Shown: positions 13,900 to 28,299, counted from the first letter of the stretch. The stretch is DNA of 64,000 bases from the human T2T-CHM13v2.0 reference genome, Homo sapiens (GCF_009914755.1 NC_060942.1); one strand, 5' to 3'. Notes: generated by a model from the sequence alone, not told the origin. Program-made: numbers and translations.

Positions 13900-14050
13900 G
13901 GCTGAGAGGCTGTGAGCTTTATCTCTAAAGCAGGATTAATAATACTTCTCTTGTAGCAGTATTGGAGAAACATTCAAATAATGTATATAAGTTATAAACA
14001 TTATGCCTAGCACAATGTATTTTCAAGTAAGTATTAGCTTTTGTTATCAC
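13900..14050 (+). mobile_element. MIR fragment
   Basis: tttatctctaaagcaggattaataatac...cctagcacaatg...caagtaagtattagct. Confidence 0.55.
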
Positions 14051-14244
14051 AACTATTAGTCTTTCATTAACAGTAAGACTGAGCATTTGACTGTGTCTAT
14101 TTAAAAACTCGTAGCTCTGCTTTAATTTTCTCTTTCTTCCTGCATTGCAAAGTTTACCATTGTAACTTTTGTTACTTCAGTAAATCTTTCTGACACCTAT
14201 ATTTTGAGTATTTTTACCTATTTTGTCCTCTGCCATTTAATGTT

Positions 14245-14626
14245 GTCTACAGTAATTGGCTTTTATACCCAGAAGGGTAGAAGTCAGCCTTGTTCTCCAA
14301 ATATTTCCAGGTCTCTTTACTTTCCTGCCCCGTTTAAAGTTAAACAAAAATACGACTTGCTTTGGCCAACAACCTGTGAGCAATAATGATTGCATCACTT
14401 CTGGGTAAATGCTTTAACGGCCAGTGCACGATATCCTATCCTCCTCTGTACTGATCATGACAGCATGTATAGAGACTATGTTAGCCTAGTTCCCCAAGTG
14501 ACTCAGATGAGTGGAGCCTTCCTACCCTCAAAACAGGTAGACAAAATAAACCTCTCTTGTATTGAACTACTAACATTTGAGGATTGTTTATTAGGGTAGC
14601 GTAATGTACCATATCTTTACTGATAC
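14245..14626 (+). mobile_element. MaLR solo LTR (MLT1I/J-like)
   Basis: gacttgctttggccaac...cacttctgggtaaatgcttt...aaataaacctctcttgt...actgataca terminus. Confidence 0.7.
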
Positions 14627-14769
14627 AAGGATATTTTTGTTTGGTTTATTATTTTTTTGAAATGTGGTCACATTTAGCCATCTTTCCCCTAGAGGTACTG
14701 CTTTTGATGTTATGCTGAGAAAGTCCAGGAAGACCGTTCTGATCATTGGCATGCCCAAACATGCGCTGC

Positions 14770-14910
14770 TGAATGGCCTTTGAGGTAGCGAATTATCTGC
14801 ATATGAATGTTTTTAATCAGAAGTTATGACTGTATGTCAGGGATGCTGTGTAGTAATATATTATGTGTGTAATCAGAGTAGTAGTTGACCTTTAAGTTTC
14901 CTTCTAGCTA
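14770..14910 (+). mobile_element. L3/MIR3 3'-end fragment
   Basis: gaggtagcgaattatctg...gaatgtttttaatcagaag...tgacctttaagtttccttctagct. Confidence 0.45.
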
Positions 14911-17796
14911 TTTGGATGTTAATTGTAAAACATAGTTGCTACTCTCAGGGGAACTTGCAAGCTACCTCAATATTTGCAAAGACAAGGTGGAATCTGGGAA
15001 AAAGATACTTCCATCTTTTTTCAAATAATCAATAATGAATATGTAGATAAAACAATGCCCAATTTGTACAATAGATATAAATTTGCATGTATATTAAATC
15101 TCTGTGTATATTAAAGTTCTATGCTCTATATTAAAGTTCTGTGCTCTTTAGCATCTCTTCAGTGATGTAATTTGGCCCAAATAGTACAAAATAAAAAGTA
15201 ATACTTTCCTATGTAACTTGAACATATTTCCTATTGACTCTACGTTTTTGTTGTTGTTGATTGAGTTGTTCTATACACCAAGCTACTAAGTAAAGACAGA
15301 GATGAGGGATGTGGAATCCTGCTGGGGGATGATTCTTAAAACAGCATTAATTGGAGAGATCAGTATTTCTCACCTGTTCTAACCAGGGTAATGCTTTAAG
15401 AAGTTGGTGAAGAGAGTAGAGCAAGCTTTGAGCCTATGAACTGCCTCACATCAACGGTTTCCTTTATTCTCCATGCCGCCAAGCGACTCGAGTACAGAGC
15501 AAGCTTTGCCACTCAAATGGGTTCCCAGGATTTATTTCCACCTGTGCTTCCCAGCCTCCTCCTTATATTTCCTATGAGTCTTGAATTTTGGGGGAGAAGA
15601 CTCAATGTATGTAAAAGCAGAAAAAATAATTTGAAAATGTATATTAAAATATTCTTCCTAACTGTGTATTTAGATTCTCTGAAGAAAAGTACAAAAGGAT
15701 GAGCAATGAAGGAAACTATAACCTTATTAAATTTTGGTTGAGAAAATTTCTGCTACTGAGGATGGCACATATACTTTTGTAAATGATTTTTTCCTTCAGC
15801 ATAGTAACATTTTGTTCCCATCTCTATCAGCTTTTTCACCCTTGGAACCCAAGTGTGTGTGTGTATGTGTGAGTGTCTGTTGCTCAGAGAAGGTGTGTTG
15901 GGGCAGGAGAGAACTCCAATATAATCCTATGCTACCACTGATGTTGCAAATATCTGAACTTGCTCTCAACAGTGAAGATGAGTGGCTAATTTTATGTGTC
16001 AGTTTCAAAATGCTAGGAAGAAACATTGTGAAATATATAACAATATTTTCTTCAACATTCATCTTGATTCCCTTCTCAATGCAGTTTTTGAAATTTAGGT
16101 ATGCAGAAGGCCACTCATCTCTCCTCCCTCTCTCCTCCTCTCTTTTCATTACAGCCCCTCAACTGGGTCTAGCATTCCTCTACACAGAGTTCCTTTGTTA
16201 ATCTTCACAAATTAAATCTCCTACATTTTGTTGGTGTTTACCCTTTAAATTCATCTTAACTTTGAGAGAAGCTGATGCCATCATTACTCCACAAAGTAAA
16301 TCAGATTGGTTATTGATTGGCTTTTTCCATTATGGTCTAGAATTTGGCTTTCTGGGGTTTGTCTTCAATACATATTTCTATAGTATAATTGTAGCAGTGT
16401 TTTATGAGGAGAAAATATTACATGTGGATTCAAATGGCCTCTTTCTCACAGAGGTTCTCTAGATTCTATTTTAATTTTGATTGACATAGGTTATATAACA
16501 TTTAACTTTGAGACAAGGGTGCTTGTTTTCCTACATATTGTAGGGAATACATTTACTTGTCATATGAGTGTTATAGGAAATCAAATCTGAGTTTACATCA
16601 AACTTGCAAATTAAATCAAGAGACTATAATTTCATTTCTTATTAACTCAACAGATGTAAAAACGAATCAGATTCTCTTGAACTGAGGAAACAACACTTTT
16701 TTACCCTCTTTCAAGTACAATAAAAGTTACTCTAAGTATCGATTCTAGTAATAACATTTTAAAAACTGTAAGGAATCTTGACTTTGTCCTCAATGTAGTG
16801 GTTCGTCTTCTAACCTCCAGTACTCATGGATTACAGTTTATTCTTCTTTGGAAGATAAAAGGGAAGGAAAATATTGAGTTTTTTTCCTTGATAAATTTGT
16901 ATTCTGATTTGGGAGATAAAATTATGACATTTACATGTAATTGGGAATTAATTGGATGTGCAACAATTCAGAATAATAGCTTTTCACATATCTGTAATAT
17001 CTATAGAATTAAGTTAATATATACGTTCACTCATATTTTTATGTACATGTTTCCATGGTTTAATTACTTAAGTTTAAAAGTGTACAAATTGTATTCATTA
17101 AATATTTCCTTTAGATTGTAATCCTTTGAAATCAGCAATATCACTTTTTGCATTTTTTAATTTTCTTAAATAATTCTATGCCTATTCTAAAACAGTGCTA
17201 AGAGTGGTACCAATTCATATACATTTAATAAAGTTACAGTTAAATTTTTATATACCTGGAGGCTATAAAGACTAGGTAAAACATTGAATTATAAAAAGAG
17301 GGAAAACACATCTAAGAGAAATAAGCAAAAATAAATAAAACAATGTTTATTTAAATATATCTTTTATAAATCCAAAACCATTTGCTTTCATTTGCTTTTC
17401 TGAGAGTTAGTTGATGGCCCAACAATCTCCTTCTGATCCTTACCCAGTATCCCAGCCTATAAAAAATTTATACTCAAGTTGGAGACCTTGAAGTGCTGTG
17501 TTACACATGAAATAATATACTTATGTTGCTCATGATGGGTTCTACTTGAAAATGGCAAATTAGTTTTAAGAAATTTTTGTTTTAAAGTAAATCATCTTAC
17601 TGAATTCTTATGCTTTACAAGGTTTTGTTGTAGGTGCCTGAAGAATACAAAAATAAGGCACAGTCCATGTCATTAAGGATTAAAATTTAATTGAGAAACA
17701 AAATAGCCACAAATAATGATTTAACTAACAAAGTGCCAAATGAGGACACTACATGAGTTCATATAAAAAGATTATTAATGATACTGCTACTAATAA

Positions 17797-18003
17797 AGCT
17801 AACAAGTATTTATATAGCACATATGTTTAAGCACTATTCTGAACACTTTACATGTATTAATCCATATTAATTTTCATAGTAATCATACGAGGTAGGTACC
17901 TATTATGTTCATTTAATAGTTGAGGAAATTGATACATGGAAAGGTTAAGTAACTTACACAAGGTAACACAACTGGTAATATAGCTTGGAATTAAAACCAG
18001 AAA
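17797..18003 (-). mobile_element. MIR SINE
   Basis: cactttacatgtattaat...gaggtaggtac...gaggaaattga...aggttaagtaacttacacaaggtaacacaactggtaa. Confidence 0.8.
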
Positions 18004-18147
18004 AGCAACATTGTAGAACATTAGAGAAGGGTATTCACAGAGTAAAGTGAATTGGAACATGAAACATGTTAATCACCAGAAAGACATGGGATGAGATGCT
18101 CAACTTTATGTGAATCAAAGTTTGAAAGTAAACATATGCAAAACTAG

Positions 18148-18959
18148 GAGGGGGTGGGAGCAAAACGGTGGAATAAAAGGCTCCATCAATCCTTCCCTCC
18201 CAAGGACACCAAGTTAACAACTGCCTGCACAGAAAAATCACCTTCCTAAGAATCAGGTGAGCATGTATGGTACCTGGTTTTAACTTCATATTGCTGAAAG
18301 AGACACTGAAAAGATTGAAAAAAACAGTCCAGAATTGCGAAGGCCACCTCTCCGTACCCACAGCAGTGGCAGTGTGGTGTGAACAGTGTCCCTGGGCACT
18401 GGGGAAGGAAGAACACAGCAATTGTGAGGCATTGAACTCAGTGCTGTCCTGTTAGAGCAGGAAGAAAGACCAGACCAAACTCAGATGATGCCAACCCACG
18501 GAGGGAGCATTTAAACAGCCCTAGCCAGAGGGGAATTGCTGATCCCAGGGGTTGGAACTTAAGTGCATGCAAACCTTGCCACTGAGGACTACAGTGTTCT
18601 GTGTCTCCAGGTAAACTTGAAAGGTAATCTAGGCCACAAGGACTGCAACTCTAAGGTGAGTCCTAGAGCTGAACTAGGCCCAGGGACAGTGCACCGGGTG
18701 GGCATGCAACATATTGAAACACCAGCTCAGACAGCCAAGGGAGTGCCAACATCCCCCGTCCCCTAATCCCAGACTGCACAGCTGGCAGCTCCAAAAGAGA
18801 CCCCTTCCTTCCAGTTGAGGAGAGAATAGGGAACAGTGGGGAGGACTTTGTCTTACATCTAGGATACCAGCTCAACCACAGTAGGATAGGGCACCGGTCA
18901 GAATCATCACCTGTTCTAGGCCCTAGCTCACATTTCTAGACACACCCTGGGCCAGAGGG
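18148..18959 (+). mobile_element. L1 5'UTR-only insertion (L1M1/L1MA 5' end), TSD-flanked, no poly(A) tail
   Basis: L1M1-type 5'UTR (gagcaaaacggtggaataaaaggctcc...gtacctggttttaacttcatattgctgaaagag...ctagacacaccctgggccag). Perfect 14-bp direct repeat atatgcaaaactag at 18134-18147 and 18960-18973. Confidence 0.85.
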
Positions 18960-19026
18960 ATATGCAAAACTAGTTCAGATTTGCATGAGCTCAGATATTA
19001 TATAAGGTGAACATTTAAGTAAGTAT

Positions 19027-19157
19027 GAGGTGAATGTATAATTTCTTTTCCAAACTGGGGCACTTTTAAGAGTGAAAGGAAGGGGCTGTTAACTGTGATG
19101 CTTGGACCACAGGCACATCTGTGACTGTTCCATGCAAATGAGACCTATGGTCACCCT
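19027..19157 (+). mobile_element. MER94 hAT-Blackjack MITE
   Basis: ggtga...ccaaactggggcacttttaagagtgaaagg...tatggtcaccct terminal repeat. Confidence 0.8.
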
Positions 19158-19868
19158 CATTATGTCCCTCACTCAGTCAGTAGAGGGACCCTCATAAATT
19201 GGTTCTGACAATGGAGATTATGTGATCAGGGCTAGCCTCCCCATATCAGACTGTATAAAATGCAGGAGAGAAAAATAAACTTTAGCTCTATACTCAAGAT
19301 TGGGCTCAATGTTGTCACTCCAGTGCAATTGTCTCTGACACTGTAACCCCCTGGACTTTGGATTTTGCCTTCTGAGAGCTGTTTTTCTTCTTTTACTCGT
19401 CTTGTATTAATGGATTTCTATGGACACAAACTGACTTGCTTGAACTTATGCAATCCACATCATCATTTGGGGTATGTCAACAACTGCAGAACCTGACCTA
19501 TACTCTGTTTAACTTATGGAACTTGTCAAGACTCTTCCTGCAGAGCCAAAATCCTGTCTTTTCTAGAATCATAGCTACTCTTGCTAGATCTGGCTCTTTA
19601 CCACCTGTCAATGTGATGATCTTTCTTATACAGTGGAGTTGTTGAACAAAAGTTGGAGTGGGTCCTGCATCGAGTAAGCATATTTTCTGTAGCTGGAGCA
19701 TGGGGGTCAGACAGAGGGTTATTAGTGGATTTTAAGAGGAAAAATGACAAGATGAAAATCAATGGAATTTCTCAGTAAATGTAAGTTAGACCACAATGAG
19801 AGATTGAGAACAGCAAAACCAGCCAGGATGACACATAATTATCTATAAATTAAGTAACAGATACTTAC

Positions 19869-19961
19869 CTCACGGTGACAGCAGTGAGAATCCAAAGGAA
19901 AACACAGGTCAAAGAAGTATTGCAAAATAAGAATCCTCATGGCACAATAACTTTTCCAAAC
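19869..19961 (-). ncRNA. Candidate internal exon (93 nt)
   Basis: Minus strand catatttcag|GTTTGG...CCGTGAG|GTAAGT. Consensus donor, weak polypyrimidine tract. Prediction only. Confidence 0.3.
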
Positions 19962-20214
19962 CTGAAATATGACTAAGAGTTCTTTAGGTTCTGTGAATCA
20001 GTGAATAATCTTAATTTATTTTATGTTAGTTTGGGCAAGGTAGAAAATGCTTGTGTTTCTTCTTTATCCTCCCACAGAATACATACTATTATGTAATTTT
20101 CAATGTATTTCAACTGTCTTTTATTCAGAAATACTTTCTCTAGAGCAAATAGTGCATTCGGCTTTTTATATGCAAGGTTTAGCTCACTGGCTGGAACTGG
20201 CTGGCACAGGATGG

Positions 20215-20440
20215 TGTTAAGTGGTGGCTTTGTCAGCATAGTTAGGTTGGAAGTATGTTTCCATGAATTTTCTTCTCTGTATGGCTTCAGGTTTGGATTG
20301 GCACAGGAGAGATGGGCATGATGTTTGCATGGTGGAAGTAAAGCAGCAGATATTTTTTATTCCTTGAAGATTGGCACATGAACAGTGGCAGCACACACCT
20401 GTTAACAATCTGCTAGCTCACCTTGTAGTATGTGGCAGTT
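20215..20440 (+). mobile_element. Partial LTR41-like ERVL LTR (putative 5' LTR)
   Basis: Collinear with the first ~230 bp of the LTR at 27643 (ggtggct...tagtta...aagcagca...atctgct(a/g)gctcacctt). Confidence 0.65.
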
Positions 20441-21012
20441 TGTGATAATCAGGTGCTGATGGAAGCAAGCAAGACTTTGAGGGTCCAAGAATATGGCATA
20501 GAATAACTTAGTGAAAGTAAGGAGTATAATAAGGCTAGTTGATGCTCTCAAGTGTGGTGGAGAACTTGTGGAAATAAAATTTTAAGCCCAGAGCTTTGAA
20601 TTCCCAGCTCAATGTCTGGGAAGAATCCAGGAATCTCTCAGACTGCCCTAAAGGAAACCTTTATTTCTTATAACATCATGGCTGAGATTGCTGAATATTG
20701 AATACAGAGTCTAAACCTGTACATAGTAATTATTACACAAATTGAATTGTTAATTACACAGGATCTTTTATGTTAAAGTTAGGACATTTGTGTGGAAGGA
20801 CTAGCATCCTAAAAACTGGATTCACATGTGAAGACTCTAATGAAGCTGACGGTCCAGCTCCTAAATTTTACTGACCCTCTTTTACCAGTAGAAGCCCCCT
20901 TTCTATTCCTGTCTGAAGAGATGAGTATTACCTTGCCTGAAGAACCTGAAATGGTCTTCCATTAGGTATGTTCCTTGCAGAGGACTGCTGTTCCTCTTCA
21001 AGCCCTATATGT

Positions 21013-21611
21013 TGTAAACTGAAATATAAAATTCTGAGGTCCCCCAACCGTCTGATTGGATCCCTCCTGTCGGCCAAGTGCATTTCTAAGTTAACCTGAA
21101 AAACTTGTTCAGGTCATGAGGGAAGGGGATTTTGAACATGCCTCATTATACCTTCCTTCCTTCCTTTTGGAATTCAGAAAAAGCTGAATAACATTAACAT
21201 CAACACAGATCTTAAGTCTGGTAAGAAACATTTACAATCCATTCTGTCTGAAGCCTGCTACTTGGAGACTTCATCTGCATGACAAAACTGTATCATGACC
21301 TAGACATTTTTTCCTGTTGATAATAGCTCATTCAACCAATTCCCAATCAGAAAAAAAATTAAATCTACCTATGACCGGGAAGCCCCTGCTTTGAGTTGTC
21401 TTGCCCTTCCAAACTAAACCAATGTAAATCTTACATGTATTGATTGATGTATTATGTCTCCCTAAAAGATATAAAAGTAAGCTATATCCTGACCACCTTG
21501 GGCACGTGTCATCAGGACCTCCTGAGACTATTTCATGGGCATGTCCTTAGCCTTGGAAAAATAAGCTTTCTAAGTTGATTGAGACCTTTGTCAAATACTT
21601 TTGGGTTCACA
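21013..21611 (+). mobile_element. MER4-group (MER4B-like) ERV1 solo LTR nested in ERV-L gag
   Basis: TG...CA termini (tgtaaactgaaatataaaattct / ttttgggttcaca). 4-bp TSD atgt at 21009-21012 and 21612-21615. Confidence 0.88.
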
Positions 21612-22531
21612 ATGTGAATCTTCCATTGCTTCTTGACTTGTAACCAAACTCAAATCCTAGCAGTGCCTGAGAAAGTAAAGCACAAAATATGACCTATGAG
21701 GAGGTATAATATAGAATAGAAGAATTGCAAGGTATGGCCAATGTATGTTGAGAGCAGCCTGGGGAGCAAGTACAGGAATGGATTCTAGGTGTGTTGGAGA
21801 AGGGTAGAAAGAGTAAAATATTGTATTGGAATGAATTTGTTAATATGGCTTAACTAAGCAGTAATTCTAGAATCAATGTTAGCTGAGTAACTAGGAGTCT
21901 CTCTAACAGTTTTCTTGGTGATTTGATTGAAACCTGTATCCCAAAGCATCCTAGACAAAGTGAAGTTAAAATGCCAAAATTTTCTTGGCATATTTTAAAG
22001 GAAGACTTTCAAAAGCTTAGGGAGCTCTGAAGGCTATGATACATTTTCCAAGTAAGACTTACTTATCCATCCCTAATGACATTTCTGGAGGTCCAGAAGA
22101 CAATTCTTAACCAAAGCAGTGATAGAAACATTTATAAGTAGAGCATCTTTTAAGAGTTCTTTGATGGCTATTCTGTGTCAGCCGAGGATGACAGTGGGAC
22201 CTGCTGCCATCAAACTGGCTCCCTGAATTAAATAGGGATGATAGGTTGGGGGCTGGTAGTGGCCAAATGGTAGGATTTAATCATCAAAGACAAAGTGGAT
22301 TTAGTTATGGTAACAGCCATCAGAGCCAAGAAATAACCAGAATTGTCTGCCTACAGAGATCATTGTCATGGCTGAGTTGATCATAGTGTTTCTAGAACTG
22401 AAATAGATGAACAGCCTATTAGAGTTTTACTTGATTTATACAAATAAAAAACTCTAATCCTGGAGAACACATGTCTAATATGTATCATCTCAACAGTGAA
22501 TCCTGGGCTTTCAAAAAAAATTCTGGGTTTA

Positions 22532-22923
<392 letters not shown>

Positions 22924-23296
22924 CTAACAGTCAAAATTTAATCTTTAAATATACCTAGACTTCCTCAAAGGAAGTTGAGGCCATTTATCAGTGGGTTGTG
23001 CATAGACAAAGGGAAAATAAACAGCCTTTTTGGGGATGACGATATACATTTTTGGAATTGACACTTTCTTGGAGACCCAAAGTTTCAATGTGGTCCATAA
23101 ATTAAAGAAGAAAATTATGGAATCCAGGAAATGGAGTTTTGAATTGAGTTCATTTCACAATGAGTCCAGTTGTTACCTCAAACACCTGCATTCATAGCCC
23201 TACTTTTGCAATGCATGGTTGAAATAAATATACTCAGAAAGTGGCAGAATCTATACAGTGTTTCCCTGACTCATGAAATGAGGACAATTATGGTAG

Positions 23297-23884
23297 TGTG
23301 TGGGCAGACGTCGAAGGATTTTCCCCAAGAAAACAATCACCTGGTTATTCAATAAAATACTAATATAGGCATTGCCATAAAGAGAATTCTTCAGATGAAA
23401 TAACCATTCCAAATTAATTGACCTTTAGGTACAGAGAGATTATCTGAGTGGGCTTCATTTAATCTCACCTCCCTTCAAAGCTGAGAGTTTCCTCCAGGTG
23501 ATGGCCGAAGGTCAAGTCAGAGAGATCTGAAGCAAGGAAGGGATTGGACACATCACTGCTGGTTTGAAGAATGAGGGGGGCACATGATGAATGAAGCAGG
23601 CAGGTTCTAGGAGGTGAAAGCAGCCCCTAGCTGATAGCCAACAAGGCAATGAGGACTTTAGTCCTAAACCTATAGGATCTGAATTCTGTCAGTTACAAGA
23701 ATGAGCCAGGAAGAGGACCCTGAGCTCAAAATGAGAATGCAGCTGGACAACACATTGATTTCACCATGAGCAGAGAACCCATCCATGCCATGCCAGACTA
23801 AAGAACTGTGAGCTAATAAGTGGGTGCTGTTTTAAGCCACTAATCTTATGGTAATTTGTTAAGCAGAATAAAAAAACTAATACA
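23297..23884 (+). mobile_element. MaLR solo LTR (MLT1E-like) nested in ERV-L pol
   Basis: tgtg...aactaataca termini, with ggaggtgaaagcagcccctagctgatagccaacaagg inside. TSD ggtag / cgtag. Confidence 0.82.
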
Positions 23885-24493
23885 CGTAGGAAAGTTCAAA
23901 TGGAGGCCACTCTAATTTTCTCTCTCTATCAGAATTATAAAATAATAATAATACAACATTCCTAAGGGAATTGTAGAATTGTCACCATCAAGGACTTGAA
24001 CATTGCAAGTGATGATGATTTCTAAAACAACTTCATTCAATTAACTTTTTTGGCCTGTGATGAAAGCAGATGAATATTGATGAAGGGCAGTAGACTATTA
24101 TAAATTTAATGAGATAGCTCCAATTGTATCTGTTCATCCAGATGTGGTTTCATTGCTATGGCAGATGAACATATCCCCTGGCCCCTGGTATGCAGTTATT
24201 TATCTGGCAAATACTTTTATCCTCTGTACCTATTAGTCAAGACCATCAGAAGTAATTTTCTTTTCATTAGCAGAGCCAGCAATACACCTTTACTGTCGTC
24301 CTTCAGGGCTATATCAACTCTCTAATCCTATGTCGCAATAGAGTCCACAAGGAACTTCCTCACCTCTGCAGACCACAAGATATCACACTCTTCTCTTACA
24401 TTGATTGTATCATAAGTGTAACAAAATCTGTAGTTTTCTGATTTAGACACTTAGAGAAAGGGAAATCAATTTCACAAAAATTCACTGCCACCT

Positions 24494-24997
24494 AATATTC
24501 ATTTCCTATTGTTCTTGTAACAAATTATGACATACTTGGGGTCTCAAAACGTAAATATGTTATCTCACTGTTCTGGAAGTCAGAAGTGCTATAATTAAGG
24601 CATTGTCAGGGCTGCATTTCTTTTGGAGGTTCTAGGGGAAAATATGTTTCTTTGTCTTTCCCAGCTTCAGGAAACTGTTCGTTATCTCATGGTTCCTTCC
24701 TCCAGCTTCAAAGTCCACAGTACAGCATCTTCAAATACCTCTGTCTCTATCTCTCCCTGACATTTGCTTCCATTATCATATCTCCTTCTCAGACTAGGAC
24801 CCTTCTGTCTCCTTTTTATAAGAATCATTATGATTGTATCAGGAACACCTGCATAATATAGTATGATGTCCCCACCTCAAGATAATAACATAATCACATC
24901 TGCAAAATTCTTTTTGACAGGTAAGGTAACGTATTCACAGGTTTGGAGGACTGGAATGTGGGCATCCTTGTGGGGGAGCATTAGTTTGTCTACCACA
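24494..24997 (-). mobile_element. MaLR solo LTR (MLT1B/C-like) nested in ERV-L RT
   Basis: gttctggaagtcagaag...catctgcaaaattctttttgacaggtaaggtaacgtattcacaggttt...ctaccaca. Confidence 0.82.
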
Positions 24998-27642
24998 CAC
25001 TTCAACAATTTTTCAGGATCCTTTGGTCTGAGGTAGTCTCCTTTTCAAAGTGAAAGGCAAATTACTGCATCTGCCCTTTTCCACCAATAAGAAATATGCA
25101 TCATAACTGATGGGCCTCTTTGTATTTTGGAGGAAATGTATATCTCATTTGTGCACTCTACTGCAACCATTTACTGAGAAATCTGAAAAGCTGCTAGCTT
25201 TGAACTGAGTCAAGGCAAGAAAAAGAAAGCTCTGTAATAGGTCCAGCCTGCCATGTAAGCATCTCTTCTTCTTGGACTATATGACCCATCAGACGCAATG
25301 GCACTCGAAGTGTCAGATAGGGAAGGGAAGCATTTGAAAGGCTTTCATATGCAAATCACGTTGCAGACCCTCCAGGATTTTGGAACACAACTATTCTAAT
25401 CTCTAGAGATAATGCTTATCATTTTGAGAAATTCCTTCTAGCTTTCAACTGGGCTCTTGAGATGACTGAACACTTGGCCATAGACCGTAAAATTTCCATA
25501 TGACTTAAGATGTCCATTTTTAAATGGGTATTTTCTATACCACCATGCATAAATGTAGGCATACACAGAAGCACTTTATCATAAAATAGAAGAGGGATAT
25601 ACAATCTTGGGCTTAAGTAGATCCTGAAGGCACAGGTAGCTGCATAAGTCAAGTGGCACAGATTTCCACATTCCATATTTATGCTGCATTTCCTCCTCCT
25701 CCTCTCAACATGCACCTATAGCCTCATGGGAATTTCTCTATGATGAATTGATTAAAGAAGAAAAAAGGGTACTGGTGAGGCAAAATTCTTTCAGTGGGCA
25801 TAACATCAAGCAGTGCACCTAAATTTTGCCTAGAAGGAGACATTGCCAGAGGTATGAATCTACACTGATTCATACAACATATCAAATTGGTTGGCTAGAT
25901 AATCAGAGATTAAAAAGAAATTGGAATTGGAATTGGTGACAAGAAAGCTTGAGTAACAGTTATGTTGATACACCTTTCCAAATTAGTAGAATTTGTGAAG
26001 ATATTTGTGTCTTGTGTAAATGTTCACAAAAGAGCAGCTGTAGCAGGGGAGGATGTTAGTAATAACTGAGTAGACAAAAAAAGCTATTCTGTGGACATCA
26101 GTCAGTCTCTCTACCTAGCTCCCTCTGTCCTTACCTAATGGGCTCATGAACAAAGTGGCCAGCATGGCAGAGGGGAAGGTTATGCATGAGCTTTCATTTA
26201 TCTAAGCTGATTTGGTTACAGACTTTGCTGAGTGCTCAGCCTGCCAACAGCAGAGACCAACACTAAGCCCTTAATATGGTACTCTTCTCCTGGAGGCAGA
26301 TAGATTGCATTACACAATTTCCATAACCAAGAGGCAGTAATTTGTCCTTACTGGAAAAGACACTTACTCTGCATATAGGTTTTTCTTCTGTTCCCTCAAT
26401 GTTTCTGCCCAAACAATTCACAGATTTACAGAATGCCCCATTCATAAAATTGTATTCCAGAGTATTGCTTCTGGTTAAGGAACTCATTTCATATCATATA
26501 AAGTCCAACAAAGAACCCATGCTTGCAAAATTTATGATTTACCATACTCTCCATCTCCCTGAAGCAGCAGGCCTAACAGAATGGTAGAAGGGCTTTCTGA
26601 AGACTCAGTTATGGTGCCAATTGGTGAGAACACCATTCAGTGATTAAATAACATCCTCCAGGATATAGTTTTGCACTAAATCAGCATCTAATATACGGTC
26701 CTGTTTCTCCCATAGCCAAAATTAATGGGTCTGGAACTAAGGGAAAGCAATAGCAATGGCTCCTCTCACTCTCATACCTTTGAATCAACAAACATGTTTT
26801 CTTCTCTTCCCCACTGCATTGGGCTCTATTAGTGTTAAAGTCCTAATTCCCAAGGGAGAAACGCTTATAGCAAAAGACACACAATGTCTCCAATAAACTG
26901 GAAGCTAAGAATATCACCTGGACACTTTGGTCTCCATATACCAGTGAATCAACAACAAAGCAGTTTGCTATACTAGCTGTGGTGATTTATCTGAACATAG
27001 GGACAAATGTCATAATTACTACACAATGGTGATAATAAGGAATAGGTCTAAATACAGGAAATTCTCTGCAATGTCTCTTAGTTCTCTCATATCCTCTAAT
27101 CAAAGTCAATTAAAAATTACTACAATCCAGTATAGGCAGGACTCCTAACAACCCAAGCCCTTAAGGAATGAGATCACCCTACCAAGCAAGAAATTGCAAG
27201 TGACTCAGGGCTGCTGAGGACAAAGGGAATATAAAATGAGTAGTAGAAGAAGATCCTAAAAACCATACTTAATCAGGTGACCAGATACAGCAATGAGGAT
27301 GAAAATAGCTATGAGTGTATCTTTCTTGTTTTGATATGAATATATTTTTATATTTCTATATTGTATATTTCCTATATTCTATATTTTGATAGCTCCCTAT
27401 TTTAATTACAGCACATCAAAGGTTGTTAGATGGTATGTCAGAATCAGACAAGGAATGAACATCATCCACAAATGAACAAAGGGCTTTGAATCCTCTTTTG
27501 GGGAAAGTAATGGCATATTTTCCATTTTCTGAGTGATGGTTACAAAAAATTAGGTAAAGCATGATTTTCCTCTTTTCCTTATTTGGAATTTAAGCGTGAT
27601 GAAAAGAGGAGCATGTGGATGCCAAGCTAGTAAGGAGTGGAT

Positions 27643-28299
27643 TCTTTCTGGTGGCTCTGCATGCTTTCAAACTAGTTAAGCTGAAACTACTTTTACAATT
27701 CCCTTCCTTGTCCACTACTAGATTAGGTTTAGTGACAAGAGAAATGTGTTCAGTATTTGGAGAGCAGACATGAAGCAGCAACCACTTTTGTGCCCTGAAG
27801 CCTGGCGTACGACACTGGGAACAATGACAACTCATGGGTTTTGCTGCTGATCTGCTGGCTCACCTTATGCGTGTGCTGTATCACCCAGACTTGCAACTTG
27901 TCCAGCTCCTGGCATGTATCCTTCTTGAGCTCCTCAGTTCTGGGCTAGGTGTGTATGTGAACCCATAGTAAAAGGCATCAGGCTGTCCTGAAAATCATCC
28001 ATTCATCTACATCACTACAGTGAAGGGCAATGAGATAAGGATATAAGTTCCAGGTGGTCCTCATGGATACCAGTTTGTCTGAACTGGTGAGTTCTAGTTT
28101 AAGCTTCTTCTCCACAACCTCCTTTCTGATTACTGACCTGGTTAGCCTATGGTGGCTTTAACCCAAAACTAAACTCAGAGGTGACAGGCTTGCATAGCCT
28201 TCACCACTGACACCAATTATAGCATAAAACATAGTTTTTATAAGTCCTTTATATCATTCACAGAGTTTCTGCTTCTCTAATCAAACCCTGACTGCCACA
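27643..28299 (+). mobile_element. LTR41-like ERVL LTR (3' LTR), complete
   Basis: ctggtggctctg...aaactagttaagctgaaactac...ctgatctgctggctcacctt...ctgcttctctaatcaaaccctgactgccaca. Directly follows the PPT-like tract. Confidence 0.8.

Noticed and set aside
15734-16201. 155-aa plus ORF and overlapping 117-aa minus ORF
   Set aside because: The plus ORF has a non-ATG start, both cross a TG repeat and low-complexity pyrimidine tract, and there is no recognisable domain or exon structure.
8525-18959. The L1 5'UTR at 18.1 kb being the missing 5' end of the L1MA at 8.5-13.3 kb
   Set aside because: They are on opposite strands, ~5 kb apart, and each has its own TSD, so they are independent insertions.
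19498-19701. 67-aa ATG-initiated minus ORF in unique DNA
   Set aside because: No recognisable homology or promoter context, and the length is within chance expectation.
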